Shown here: positions 8,878 to 18,324 of the stretch, one piece after another | How the letters are laid out: the number at the start of each line of letters is the position of its first letter | Numbering within the stretch: the first letter of the stretch is position 1 | Source of the DNA: a virus | Virus record (IMG/VR): IMGVR_UViG_3300001472_000003 | Span: 64,001 to 128,000 of that record | Strand: one strand, 5' to 3' | DNA: 64,000 nt | The notes under the pieces: generated by a model | Told to the model about the DNA's origin: nothing | Databases searched by the model: none | Seen by the model: the letters and a program-made list of their open reading frames with translations, nothing else | Program-made: the position numbers and the translations under genes

Positions 8878-8905
8878 ATATGGGTATTATATCTTATAAT
8901 ACAAG
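8878..8905 (-). promoter_or_regulatory. RpoH (sigma32)-type promoter
   Basis: CTTG-N17-CCCATAT immediately upstream of the hsp20 leader. Confidence 0.7.
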
Positions 8906-8913
8906 GTATATAA

Positions 8914-9288
8914 TTATTTTTTTATTATTTCTTCTAGTCTAGGTTCAAAGAATTTAGGACCTTTTAAAACTTTACCATCTTCTCTATAAATTGGTTTACC
9001 ATCTTCACCTAGCTTAGACATATTCGATAAATGAACTTCTTTAAATGTTTTATCTAGATTTATTCCATATGTGTGCCCTGCACCATATATAACATATAAT
9101 AAATCTGTTAAAGCATCTGCAATTTCTATAGTATTTTTTGTATTTACTGCATCTTTTAATTCTTGTAATTCTTCCTCAATTAATTCTATTCTCAATCGTC
9201 TTGTTTTATGATCTGGCCAAAATAATTTTTTATTAGTTTGTTGACCAAATGATGTCATAAATTTACCTACATCACTAAAATTACTCAT
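8914..9288 (-). CDS. MazG-like / all-alpha nucleoside triphosphate pyrophosphohydrolase
   Basis: LIEEELQE, ADALTDLLYV, EVHLSNMSK, REDGKVLKG. Confidence 0.85.
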   Translation of the reverse strand: MSNFSDVGKFMTSFGQQTNKKLFWPDHKTRRLRIELIEEELQELKDAVNTKNTIEIADALTDLLYVIYGAGHTYGINLDKTFKEVHLSNMSKLGEDGKPIYREDGKVLKGPKFFEPRLEEIIKK

Positions 9289-9290
9289 TA

Positions 9291-9692
9291 TTACACTTTC
9301 TTTTTTCCAATATTATATTTTGGAATTAGTTCCCATTGATCTTTAAATTTGTGAGGTATTATTTTTATTTTACTTATTGGCAATTTAATTGCAAAATTAT
9401 CACTATCTTTTTTTAATATTTTAACTAGGTCCCATTCTGCAAGTAATTGTATAATAGAATTTCTTCTGCCAATATCCTCATCAGTTATTGTAGATTCTTT
9501 TCCATCTAGTGCGAAGAGCTCCTTAAAGTGCACAATATAATATTTACCTTGTTTATGTAATATATGGCAACTTTGAAATAAAGTATTAGTTCGTCTGGAA
9601 GCAACGCCTATTCTTGTAAGAGTCTCTCTTACTTTTAGAAAATCATCTTGTTTTTCTAAAGATATTTCTATCATGTTTTCGATTAAATGCAT
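9291..9692 (-). CDS. regA: Translational repressor RegA
   Basis: DDFLKVRETLTRIG, QSCHILHKQGKYYIVHFKELF. Confidence 0.97.
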   Translation of the reverse strand: MHLIENMIEISLEKQDDFLKVRETLTRIGVASRRTNTLFQSCHILHKQGKYYIVHFKELFALDGKESTITDEDIGRRNSIIQLLAEWDLVKILKKDSDNFAIKLPISKIKIIPHKFKDQWELIPKYNIGKKKV

Positions 9693-9694
9693 TT

Positions 9695-10078
9695 TTAGCC
9701 ACCTTTGTCTAATTTCTTTCTTATTTCTAAAATATCTTGTTTAGAAAGTGCAGACAAAGCCTGGTATGCCTTAGTATACGAATAATTATAATATTCGCAA
9801 ATAATATCAATGTCATCACTTTCATCTCTTTTGGCCCATTTTGTAAATCTTTTTTGGGCTCTGATACTATTTAGGAAATATTCGTATTGGAGTTTATTGT
9901 CTATTTCATGCCTGGCATTCATTTCATTTGCATATAATACTGTATCAACAAATTGAGATAATGCTCTATTTGTTATATATGGTTCATATAATTTTTCTGC
10001 TAAATCATCATTCTCAGTATCTCTCATCATGTTATTCTTTTTATGATGAATACTATTTACATAATCAAATACACCCAT
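9695..10078 (-). CDS. 62: Clamp loader small subunit gp62
   Basis: YEPYITNRALS, ANEMN, YYNYS; synteny. Confidence 0.9.
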   Translation of the reverse strand: MGVFDYVNSIHHKKNNMMRDTENDDLAEKLYEPYITNRALSQFVDTVLYANEMNARHEIDNKLQYEYFLNSIRAQKRFTKWAKRDESDDIDIICEYYNYSYTKAYQALSALSKQDILEIRKKLDKGG

Positions 10079-11025
10079 TATTCAAACTCACACTGTACCA
10101 TTATTTCAGTTAAGCAGGCAACAACATTAATTTCAGGATCAGCAACAAAGGCTGCTTTGTATTGATAGTCTGCAATAATTAAAACTAATTTAGGTATACT
10201 ACTTTGTTTAACATACTCACTAGATTTGTCATATAATTTGCGGAATAATGCTGTAGATTCTTGATCCATATTCTGGGCAACCCATTTTCTCATATCAGAA
10301 AATTTCTTATCTTTCATATGCTTGACCACATTATCAATAGATATTTCTTCAAGCTTACTTAATAATCCAGAGTCAATTTTACCAGTAGAACTATATCGTT
10401 GTAATTCATTTAATACTCTTCGCCAGTCTGGAAAATGTTTATTAATAAATTGAGCTACTACCTTTGTGTCGTGTTCTACATTTTCTTTGGTTAATATCTC
10501 ACAAGACCTTTCCCAGAAATTTTTAGCCATTAATGGTCTATCTGAACTAGGTATATTAAAATCAACTATACTGCATCTTGATTGTAGTGGGGCAATAATT
10601 CTATTTTTAAAATTACAAGTTAAAATAAAACCACAATTCTTAGAAAACTCTTCCATAAAATTTCTGAGAGCAGGTTGGGTAGAATTTGCATTTAAATAGT
10701 CTGCTTCATCTAATATTACATATTTGCGGCCACCAGTAAAAGATACAGCTGATGCAAAATTTCTAATCTCAAAACGCAATGTGTCTATGTTGCCGTTCAT
10801 ACTACCGTTAATTATAATATAATCACATTTTAATTCTTCAAGTATAGCTTTAGCAATTGTAGTTTTACCAACACCAGGACCTCCGGATAATAGTAAATTG
10901 GGTATATTGCCTTGTATAACAAATTGCTTGAATGTATTCTTAAGATCAGATGGTAATATACAGTCTTCTATATTTCTAGGTCTATATTTTTCAACCCAGA
11001 GAAAATCCTTTTCATTTGTCTGCAT
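10078..11025 (-). CDS. 44: Clamp loader large subunit gp44
   Basis: LWVEKYRP, GPGVGKTT, DEAD, SRC. Confidence 0.95.
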   Translation of the reverse strand: MQTNEKDFLWVEKYRPRNIEDCILPSDLKNTFKQFVIQGNIPNLLLSGGPGVGKTTIAKAILEELKCDYIIINGSMNGNIDTLRFEIRNFASAVSFTGGRKYVILDEADYLNANSTQPALRNFMEEFSKNCGFILTCNFKNRIIAPLQSRCSIVDFNIPSSDRPLMAKNFWERSCEILTKENVEHDTKVVAQFINKHFPDWRRVLNELQRYSSTGKIDSGLLSKLEEISIDNVVKHMKDKKFSDMRKWVAQNMDQESTALFRKLYDKSSEYVKQSSIPKLVLIIADYQYKAAFVADPEINVVACLTEIMVQCEFE

Positions 11026-11026
11026 A

Positions 11027-11701
11027 TTAAACTCCAAATGAAGAATTGGCTTCAGTTGCAACCCAATATATCATCTTAGCACCTTCTGTGTTTAAGCTGC
11101 TAAATTTAGCTATTCCTCTTGTGGATATTTCTATTTTATAGTCTTTGTCTATTAATTTTAGATTTTCTACTTTAAATATAAATTTAAATGTGTTTGTAGT
11201 AGTTCCTACATTTTGATTATATATGTCAGCTGTAGGATTTTTAGAATCCATAGCACCTATCGCAATATTAGAGCCATCACCCATAATAACTATCTCAGGC
11301 AATTGCATAACACCAGATGCTCTCAATGCATTATTAATATCATTCCATTCAATATTAATTGATACCTCTGGATTAGGAAAACTTATTTCTTTTTCAGGTG
11401 GTGTAACAATCATAGACTGATCCGCAAATGTATAATTAACAGATCTCTTGGAATCTTTTATTTCCATATGAGTTGATTCAAAACTTATTACAGGTTCCTG
11501 AAATAAGGATAATACTCCTAGGAATCTTGATACTTCATATATCCCACCAATTGAATCAAAATGTTCATCAGTATTTGCTATCGCCATAATTGTCTTATTG
11601 GGTGACACAGTAGAAATGGCTTTACCTGGTTTAATTAGTAATGATGGATTAATAGTTGAAAAGTTCTTAAGAACATTTAATGTATCTTCACTTAATTTCA
11701 T
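11027..11701 (-). CDS. 45: Sliding clamp gp45
   Basis: MKLSEDTLNVLKNFSTIN N-terminus; synteny. Confidence 0.95.
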   Translation of the reverse strand: MKLSEDTLNVLKNFSTINPSLLIKPGKAISTVSPNKTIMAIANTDEHFDSIGGIYEVSRFLGVLSLFQEPVISFESTHMEIKDSKRSVNYTFADQSMIVTPPEKEISFPNPEVSINIEWNDINNALRASGVMQLPEIVIMGDGSNIAIGAMDSKNPTADIYNQNVGTTTNTFKFIFKVENLKLIDKDYKIEISTRGIAKFSSLNTEGAKMIYWVATEANSSFGV

Positions 11702-11728
11702 AATTTATATCTTTCATAATGTTATAAT

Positions 11729-12607
11729 TTACTTGTTTGCAATGTCTTTTTTCTTGCCTAACTTACTTTTATCTGCTGTAGCAGCGACATCTATTTGAGC
11801 TAGGTCTGCTAATGATCCTCCAAATATATAACTGCCTACGTGTTGGAGCTTCATCCACGGGCATAACCAAATCTTTAATTCAGCTTTTCTAGCCCATTGA
11901 CAAAACATATAATCTTCAGATAAATATCTTTTTGTATCCGGATCAATTAATGCTTGGAAATACATCATAATTTCTCTACTTCCATCAAAGTGTTCTGTCC
12001 TAACATGATCGGGCAAATACATTAATTCTGGATACTTCTTAGCAAATACATCAAATGTATTTCTTCTAATAAGCATAAAACCAGTTCCTCCCTCTAACAC
12101 TTCTGTTGGCGTATCAATTCTTATCCTTCCTCCACCACTGGCTGGATTGAACACATAATCACCTACAAACTTTTCTAGATCATTAGGATTTTCATCTGCT
12201 ATACCTTTATCAACTGCTGCTTTAACCTTTTCCCATGAAATACATTTTTTAGGATATGGTCCACACAATATATCTAATGGTTTACCGTCTTCTATTTCCG
12301 GATGGCCTTCAGATAAAGCTAATAATGTTATTACATCTTTTGCATCAAATCCAATATCAGAATCAATGAAAATCATATGAGAACAATCAGATCTTAAAAA
12401 TTCATCCACGCAATAATTTCTAGCTCTAGTAATAAGCGATTCATTAAATAAATAATAGAATCTAATCTCTATACCATGTTGTGCGCACATTGCAGATAAA
12501 TCATTTGTAGACTTACAAAACATACCTGCACATTGACCACCATACATTGGAGCCGCTATAAATAATTTTCTTTTTCTTAATTCATTAATGTCTATTTTAA
12601 TTTCCAT
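11729..12607 (-). CDS. GT-A fold glycosyltransferase-like protein
   Basis: NESLITRARN, FIDSD (DxD), GTGFMLI, LSEDY motifs. Confidence 0.75.
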   Translation of the reverse strand: MEIKIDINELRKRKLFIAAPMYGGQCAGMFCKSTNDLSAMCAQHGIEIRFYYLFNESLITRARNYCVDEFLRSDCSHMIFIDSDIGFDAKDVITLLALSEGHPEIEDGKPLDILCGPYPKKCISWEKVKAAVDKGIADENPNDLEKFVGDYVFNPASGGGRIRIDTPTEVLEGGTGFMLIRRNTFDVFAKKYPELMYLPDHVRTEHFDGSREIMMYFQALIDPDTKRYLSEDYMFCQWARKAELKIWLCPWMKLQHVGSYIFGGSLADLAQIDVAATADKSKLGKKKDIANK

Positions 12608-13082
12608 TATTTCCATCCTGATATTGACCATTATATTGATGATTAGTTTCTGCTTTTACAGTTATAAACTGTGCTATTCTAGTATTAGGGGATAAAAATA
12701 CCTCACCTGATGATATATGCATAGTGCCTCCTATAAAGTTCTTAAACCCACTATCATATAATCCACTTGTAATAAACACCCCATTTCTATTTAATGTAGA
12801 CCTTGGTATAATCCAACCAGCAATTCCTTCGGGTAATTCAACGTAGTGTTCTGTCTCAAATTCATATGATCCTGGATATAGATGCCATATAAGCTTATCT
12901 TTATCTTTAGGGTCTGGGAAGAGAGGGAGTTCAGATTTGTGTCTATCCTGTCGATGCATTTCGGTTAATACAAAAGGCTCATTTGTAATCATCTTTAGGT
13001 TTGATATTTTTAGATCTACTGCATTTGGTTGTATACAGTCATCTGCCACTTGCGTGACGAATTGTTGTGAGTGTATCATCAT
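12597..13082 (-). CDS. dCTP deaminase/dUTPase-fold protein
   Basis: QPNAVDL, PRSTLNRNG, YDSGF, RIAQ. Confidence 0.8.
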   Translation of the reverse strand: MMIHSQQFVTQVADDCIQPNAVDLKISNLKMITNEPFVLTEMHRQDRHKSELPLFPDPKDKDKLIWHLYPGSYEFETEHYVELPEGIAGWIIPRSTLNRNGVFITSGLYDSGFKNFIGGTMHISSGEVFLSPNTRIAQFITVKAETNHQYNGQYQDGNNGN

Positions 13083-13876
13083 ATATTAGCGCCTTCTTTC
13101 ATTATATAATATTCTTCAATTAAATTATCAATATACTCAATATTATCACTAGCTTGTGCTATGGATTCTGTATTTTCTGTTGAGATATTAATATCATATT
13201 TATCATTTATATATTCATTATTTATAGATTTATTTTCTATACCTAATTGGATAGCTATAGAAGAATCCCAACTATTTATATACTTTTTAAATTGCTTCAT
13301 GGATATTATTTCATTATATCCATAGTTAAGTCCATGCAAATGTATTTTTTTATCTCTATCAATTAACTTTCTGAGTATACCTTTAGATTCTAATTCATAC
13401 ATTAATTTGATTCTAGTATTGTGTTTTAATTTATCATTATCATTTATATTATAAGCCAATTCAGCAGTCTGTGCAGAAATCATAACATAGTCTATCCAAT
13501 CTGCACTTATGGCATGATGGAAGCCATAAATTAAATCATCAAGATCACCTACCATACATTGAGGTGCATACATAATTTTAAATCCCATTCCTTTAAAAAC
13601 CTTACCTAATTTCATAGATGCTTCTATTGTTTCCATTGTGTCATATGAAGGGTAGTTAGGCAATATTATACAATTGGCTTTTAATTTATTACATAACGTA
13701 ATTAAATTGCCAAAGTCATCTACACCTTCAGAATTTAAAATAATCTCATAATTATTTTTATCAATAAAATAATTTAAATATTTTTCATTTGATAAATGAT
13801 TGGCATACACCATTTGTATTTTATTTTCATCAATAATAGGTAAAAGGTGTAATGGGGCTGTATGTATGAATTTCAT
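13079..13876 (-). CDS. Degenerate TGT-like TIM-barrel protein
   Basis: Motif order parallels 15484..16287 (ILNS/LPNY/PQ/IHLHG/SWDSS); in deazaguanine locus. Confidence 0.5.
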   Translation of the reverse strand: MKFIHTAPLHLLPIIDENKIQMVYANHLSNEKYLNYFIDKNNYEIILNSEGVDDFGNLITLCNKLKANCIILPNYPSYDTMETIEASMKLGKVFKGMGFKIMYAPQCMVGDLDDLIYGFHHAISADWIDYVMISAQTAELAYNINDNDKLKHNTRIKLMYELESKGILRKLIDRDKKIHLHGLNYGYNEIISMKQFKKYINSWDSSIAIQLGIENKSINNEYINDKYDINISTENTESIAQASDNIEYIDNLIEEYYIMKEGANI

Positions 13877-13877
13877 T

Positions 13878-14504
13878 TTACTCACCAAAATAATATGGAT
13901 TCTCAACTGTATTAAAATCAGAATCTTCTTTGTTAATTACGTTTTTATTTTCTATATCTAATTTAAAAATACGATTAGCATCAATAGAATAACAATTTTT
14001 AAACATAGTAGAGGATATATTCATATCGCCATCAATAAATAATGGACTTATTTCATTTCTAAATATATTGATATTATGTTTATAATACCATACACAACTA
14101 AAAGATCCATCGATATTATTAGGTGTTTTTAATTCAATTAATTGCTTTAATAATAATTTAGTATCCCATGAATAATCAACATTATATAATGATTGTAATC
14201 TTTTAATTTCATATTCTTTTATTATACCATTATGCCATAACAATTGTCCTCCTATATCAGCAGGATGAATATTATCATTATAATTGTCAGCTGTAGGTGC
14301 TTGTTGATGTACAATACAATAATGATTATCTGGTATTGTTATGCAATCATAGGGTAATGGGCCTAATCCTGTCTTAACCTCTCTTAGTAATGATGATGTA
14401 TTATTAATATAAGTTATACTATGAGAGTAAGTACCTCTATATTCATTTAATTTAGCCAATTCAATTATTTTATCTGAGGAATATGATCCTACAATACTAC
14501 ACAT
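13878..14504 (-). CDS. Class II glutamine amidotransferase (Ntn hydrolase)
   Basis: N-terminal M-C, RG, HP, WHNGII, WDT; directly downstream of queC. Confidence 0.8.
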   Translation of the reverse strand: MCSIVGSYSSDKIIELAKLNEYRGTYSHSITYINNTSSLLREVKTGLGPLPYDCITIPDNHYCIVHQQAPTADNYNDNIHPADIGGQLLWHNGIIKEYEIKRLQSLYNVDYSWDTKLLLKQLIELKTPNNIDGSFSCVWYYKHNINIFRNEISPLFIDGDMNISSTMFKNCYSIDANRIFKLDIENKNVINKEDSDFNTVENPYYFGE

Positions 14505-15252
14505 TAATCATTTTCTCCCATGGTATATGTATTTGATATGGTATTGGGTCCTTCATACCTGCTTTTGCAAAACCAGCTATTCTTTCAGCACATGAAGGAC
14601 ATACACTACATGATGACCCGAATTCATTCGGATTATAACATGTAAGTGTAGATTCAAGTAAATATGTACTATTCATTTCTTTACATATTTCTATTTCTTG
14701 TGCTTTAGATAAAAGGCTAAACGGTGCCATTATTTCTACTTTATGTGTTCTATTTTGAATAGCTACAGCATTCAATGAGTCAACAAATTTTTGTGATGTA
14801 TCCCAATATCCATATTCATCATGTACTTGAAGGCCAGTAAAAAGGTATGAAGCATTAGAAGCTTCTGCTTGTGCCATAGTAAGACTTAGTAATATTAAAT
14901 TACGAAATGGCACATAAGTCTTTGGTTGTGGATCTCCTAACACATCTTTAATAGTCGGCATTGCTACATTGCTACCTGATATATTAGCTGATATAGGTTC
15001 AGCAATTTCTCCTAGTATACTGAGATCTAGAATCTTATGTCCTATGCCTAGTAACTCACAAAGTTTAGAAGCTTTAGTAAGTTCTATACTTTGTTTTTGT
15101 CCATAATTATATGATAATGCATATACATTTTCTTTACCATATCTTTCAACAAGCATCATAGTCATAATAGAAGAATCTAATCCGCCTGATAATACAGCCA
15201 ATACATTTTTATTTGTATCCGGCAACTTACTGAGTGCTTCTTTTAAATTCAT
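14497..15252 (-). CDS. queC: 7-cyano-7-deazaguanine synthase QueC
   Basis: SGGLDS, YGQKQ, TYVPFRN, TCY...CxxCxSCxER. Confidence 0.95.
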   Translation of the reverse strand: MNLKEALSKLPDTNKNVLAVLSGGLDSSIMTMMLVERYGKENVYALSYNYGQKQSIELTKASKLCELLGIGHKILDLSILGEIAEPISANISGSNVAMPTIKDVLGDPQPKTYVPFRNLILLSLTMAQAEASNASYLFTGLQVHDEYGYWDTSQKFVDSLNAVAIQNRTHKVEIMAPFSLLSKAQEIEICKEMNSTYLLESTLTCYNPNEFGSSCSVCPSCAERIAGFAKAGMKDPIPYQIHIPWEKMINV

Positions 15253-15494
15253 TTTGATTCCTTAAGCTTAATTAATCTTTCTTTTTCTCTTTGACAATAC
15301 CATGCTGCTTTGTCTAGATCTTCTATTTCTTTATCAATTAAATCATATCCAATTTCTTCTTTACGTCCAGATCTTAACAAATACTTAATTGCATTACCTT
15401 TAGAAAAATTTAAATTAAAATACTCAATAATATCTATTACCTCATATCCAGCAATAGACTTATAATGATTAGGATTAATTTTGTTATCTACCAT
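15249..15494 (-). CDS. DUF3310 family protein
   Basis: INPNHY, EVIDII, GNAIKYLLRSGRK, EDLDKAAWY. Confidence 0.85.
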   Translation of the reverse strand: MVDNKINPNHYKSIAGYEVIDIIEYFNLNFSKGNAIKYLLRSGRKEEIGYDLIDKEIEDLDKAAWYCQREKERLIKLKESK

Positions 15495-16287
15495 TTTTAA
15501 CAAGCTCCTTAAATACATCTACATTATACATTATACTATCAATATTGATTTTAGTCAACGGCAAATCAGCAAAATTATCAAATTTAATTTTAGGTTTTTC
15601 AAATACTCCTGCTGATGTATATCTATTACCCTCAATGGCTGCAGCTATAGGATTAGATGTATCAACAGAATATATCCAATTGTACTTATGATAAAATTTA
15701 AATTCTAATGCAGCCCATGTTCCTAGAAGGTGATGTAATGTATCTTTATTAATATGTCTCTCTAATTTATCTATAAGTTTTACTCTTTCTAGTGCATGTT
15801 CTACAGGTGTTAAATTATTTTCAAATGCCCAATTAAAGCAAAATGGAATACCTATCATAGGCAAATGAGGAAATTCATTATCATATGCTTTATAACATTC
15901 TATAAATTCATCAGGCGTATTTCCTTGAATAACAGCCATAGCTTTTGATTCAAGATGCGGATACATCTCCAGAAATTCTCTTGTTCTTTTTAAAGTGGTT
16001 TGCATATCTCCAAGCACATCAGGCAATACAAATATCTGAGGATTAATTATATTTACATATTTTACAATAAGATCATTTGATAATGCTTTACCTAATTCAA
16101 AACAAGAGTTGTCTAATATTGTAAATTGTTTATTCAATACATATTGATCTACAATATCTCTATATCTTTCATCATTTATATAACGATGTAATAATATAAA
16201 GTTGTAATCATTTATTTTATAGTCACCTACTAACTCAGCTTCGGCTAGTGAGTGTGGTATCTCGTGGGATATTATTGGTGTATTCAT
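15484..16287 (-). CDS. TGT-like TIM-barrel protein, candidate deazaguanine insertion enzyme (DpdA-like)
   Basis: ILDNSCFELG, LPDV, MAVIQG, HHLLG, SVDTS resemble TGT-fold motifs; next to queC. Confidence 0.6.
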   Translation of the reverse strand: MNTPIISHEIPHSLAEAELVGDYKINDYNFILLHRYINDERYRDIVDQYVLNKQFTILDNSCFELGKALSNDLIVKYVNIINPQIFVLPDVLGDMQTTLKRTREFLEMYPHLESKAMAVIQGNTPDEFIECYKAYDNEFPHLPMIGIPFCFNWAFENNLTPVEHALERVKLIDKLERHINKDTLHHLLGTWAALEFKFYHKYNWIYSVDTSNPIAAAIEGNRYTSAGVFEKPKIKFDNFADLPLTKINIDSIMYNVDVFKELVKNGR

Positions 16288-16735
16288 AATCACTTATTCC
16301 ATAATGTTTAATATTTTTAAAAAATACTTCTTTATCTTTATATAGCTGAGGTTTTTGAATTATACGCTCCGCTATTCTATCAATAGCTATTTTATAGTCT
16401 CTGGGTGTTGGTATATATTCACACCAAAGTTCCTTTGTATATGCGCAGTATATGCGGTTTAAATGATGTTTAAACCGCTCTACGTTAGTATTTATATCTC
16501 TTGAAATCATATTTTCATATAACAATTTATACCTATCATATACATATTTTCCTTTATTATAAAAGAATTTACAATGACCACCATTCAATGTATATCTATC
16601 AGGTATATCATCCATCGCCACATTATTATCAATTCTGCGTTGAATAAGATGTAAAAACTGTGTCAGCTCTTTATACTCCGCTACTAAATGTACTCTAGTT
16701 AGATGTCCAGGTTCTATTAAATTTAACCTAGTCAT
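16235..16735 (-). CDS. denV: Pyrimidine dimer DNA glycosylase / endonuclease V
   Basis: MTRLNL...HLVAEYKEL (Thr2, Glu23 retained), YTLNGGHCKFFYNK. Confidence 0.9.
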   Translation of the reverse strand: MTRLNLIEPGHLTRVHLVAEYKELTQFLHLIQRRIDNNVAMDDIPDRYTLNGGHCKFFYNKGKYVYDRYKLLYENMISRDINTNVERFKHHLNRIYCAYTKELWCEYIPTPRDYKIAIDRIAERIIQKPQLYKDKEVFFKNIKHYGISDYEYTNNIPRDTTLTSRS

Positions 16736-17139
16736 TTTATTTTTAAAGCTTGTCTTAATTTATCCATAAAATCTATATGTGCTTTAGGTGTTGTCTTATA
16801 TTGAAATCCATATTTTCTTTTAGAAAGATCTTTATAAACCTTCATTAAATCGTCATGATTAACTTTTGTTAAATCATTATCAACATCTTGTGTTGCGCCA
16901 TATTTATTTTTATTCATTTCAATACCAGTTACTGCATCAACAAATTTTTGTCTTTTATCATCTTTATATGCAACTCCAGTCATTTTTAACCAATTATGTA
17001 CTCTACCATAATTATGAATATTTTTATTCTTATTTAAATAATTTATTACATATTTAATTTTAGCATCAATGTCCTTTATTGACCTTACATGTGTTCTTAC
17101 GATTTGCCATCTTATATTAAATTTATTTGCAGTAGCCAT
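16732..17139 (-). CDS. Hypothetical protein (WQIVR motif)
   Basis: 135-aa basic ORF, AGGAG RBS. Confidence 0.65.
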   Translation of the reverse strand: MATANKFNIRWQIVRTHVRSIKDIDAKIKYVINYLNKNKNIHNYGRVHNWLKMTGVAYKDDKRQKFVDAVTGIEMNKNKYGATQDVDNDLTKVNHDDLMKVYKDLSKRKYGFQYKTTPKAHIDFMDKLRQALKIK

Positions 17140-17148
17140 TTAATTCTC

Positions 17149-17682
17149 CTACCATACACTTAAATTAGTTTTTGCAAATGATGGCAAATTATTAATTTTT
17201 AGTATATCACCATATGTATCAGAAATCAACATATTTTTATTTTCGGTTATCCAATTTTGCATCATTTTTTTATTATACATAACATACAAATCACCTTTAG
17301 GACCTACATGAAAAATGTGTGTGTTTATTTTTCTTAAATCCCAAAAATTATCTTTTATAGTAATGTACCAATACTTTTGATATTTATTATAATAAAGACC
17401 AGAACGGCCACCTTTTACATCGACAGTCCATGTGCGCTTACCCATTATAGTTAAATCAATACCAATTAATTGTTGTACAACATCTTCTGAGTGATCTATA
17501 ATTTTATTAACACCGTCAACATTTTTATATATTAATTTAATCGCAGCTTCTTCACCACGAGTACCCACAGAGCCATAAGTTCCATGCTTATCAGTAATAC
17601 TTTGTTTAAATGTTGGCCATAATTTTTTCACTAGTGTAGCATCATATGCTACTTTATATATACTTAAATCCATACTATTCAC
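17149..17682 (-). CDS. Putative PD-(D/E)XK nuclease-like protein
   Basis: GxxGE helix, GIDL, VDVK spacing. Confidence 0.5.
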   Translation of the reverse strand: MNSMDLSIYKVAYDATLVKKLWPTFKQSITDKHGTYGSVGTRGEEAAIKLIYKNVDGVNKIIDHSEDVVQQLIGIDLTIMGKRTWTVDVKGGRSGLYYNKYQKYWYITIKDNFWDLRKINTHIFHVGPKGDLYVMYNKKMMQNWITENKNMLISDTYGDILKINNLPSFAKTNLSVW

Positions 17683-18124
17683 TTATATTATTATCAATTA
17701 ACCACTTTACGTTTGAATCCCAATCGTCTTTAAACTTATTATATTTCTCTAGCTCTATAAGTCTTTTCTTTTGTCTATAATTGTGTGATCCTGGTTTGGA
17801 TTTCATACTCCAAAACGATTTACGATCTGGTCTTGGAAGATTAGCATCAGGATCTAACTTGCGTCCATATAATTTTGCTATAGTCTCCGGTGAGTGAAAT
17901 CTTCCTTCTATAGACCAAGGTTCATGTTTAGGATCTTTCTTTACTCTAATATCATGATTCATTACAAATTTTGTATCACCATTATCAGATTGCAATCCTA
18001 TACTATATCTATTAATTCCTTTTCTAGATGTTGTTGTCACTGTCCATAATTTGCCCGTAGGATCTTTTAATTTTATATCTTTTAAAACTTGTCCTGCATC
18101 ATTCTTCAAAGGAACATAAACCAT
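17675..18124 (-). CDS. Hypothetical protein
   Basis: 149-aa ORF, coupled to neighbours. Confidence 0.6.
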   Translation of the reverse strand: MVYVPLKNDAGQVLKDIKLKDPTGKLWTVTTTSRKGINRYSIGLQSDNGDTKFVMNHDIRVKKDPKHEPWSIEGRFHSPETIAKLYGRKLDPDANLPRPDRKSFWSMKSKPGSHNYRQKKRLIELEKYNKFKDDWDSNVKWLIDNNISE

Positions 18125-18324
18125 TATTTACCTGCTTTTCTTCTTCCTGCTGCTGCTTTAGCATCAAATTTAGCTTTACCCATTCTCTTACGACCTGCTG
18201 CAGCTGCTATAGCGCCAGCATCCTTATAACTTACACCTGAGCTTTTAGCTATCTTTTTTACAAAGACAGATTTACCAGATGCATCCTTAGGACCTTCATC
18301 TATATACTCTTTATACGATTTCAT
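18124..18324 (-). CDS. Small basic protein, putative internal head protein
   Basis: N-terminus MKSYKEYIDE resembles T4 capsid-targeting sequence; K/A-rich body. Confidence 0.55.
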   Translation of the reverse strand: MKSYKEYIDEGPKDASGKSVFVKKIAKSSGVSYKDAGAIAAAAGRKRMGKAKFDAKAAAGRRKAGK

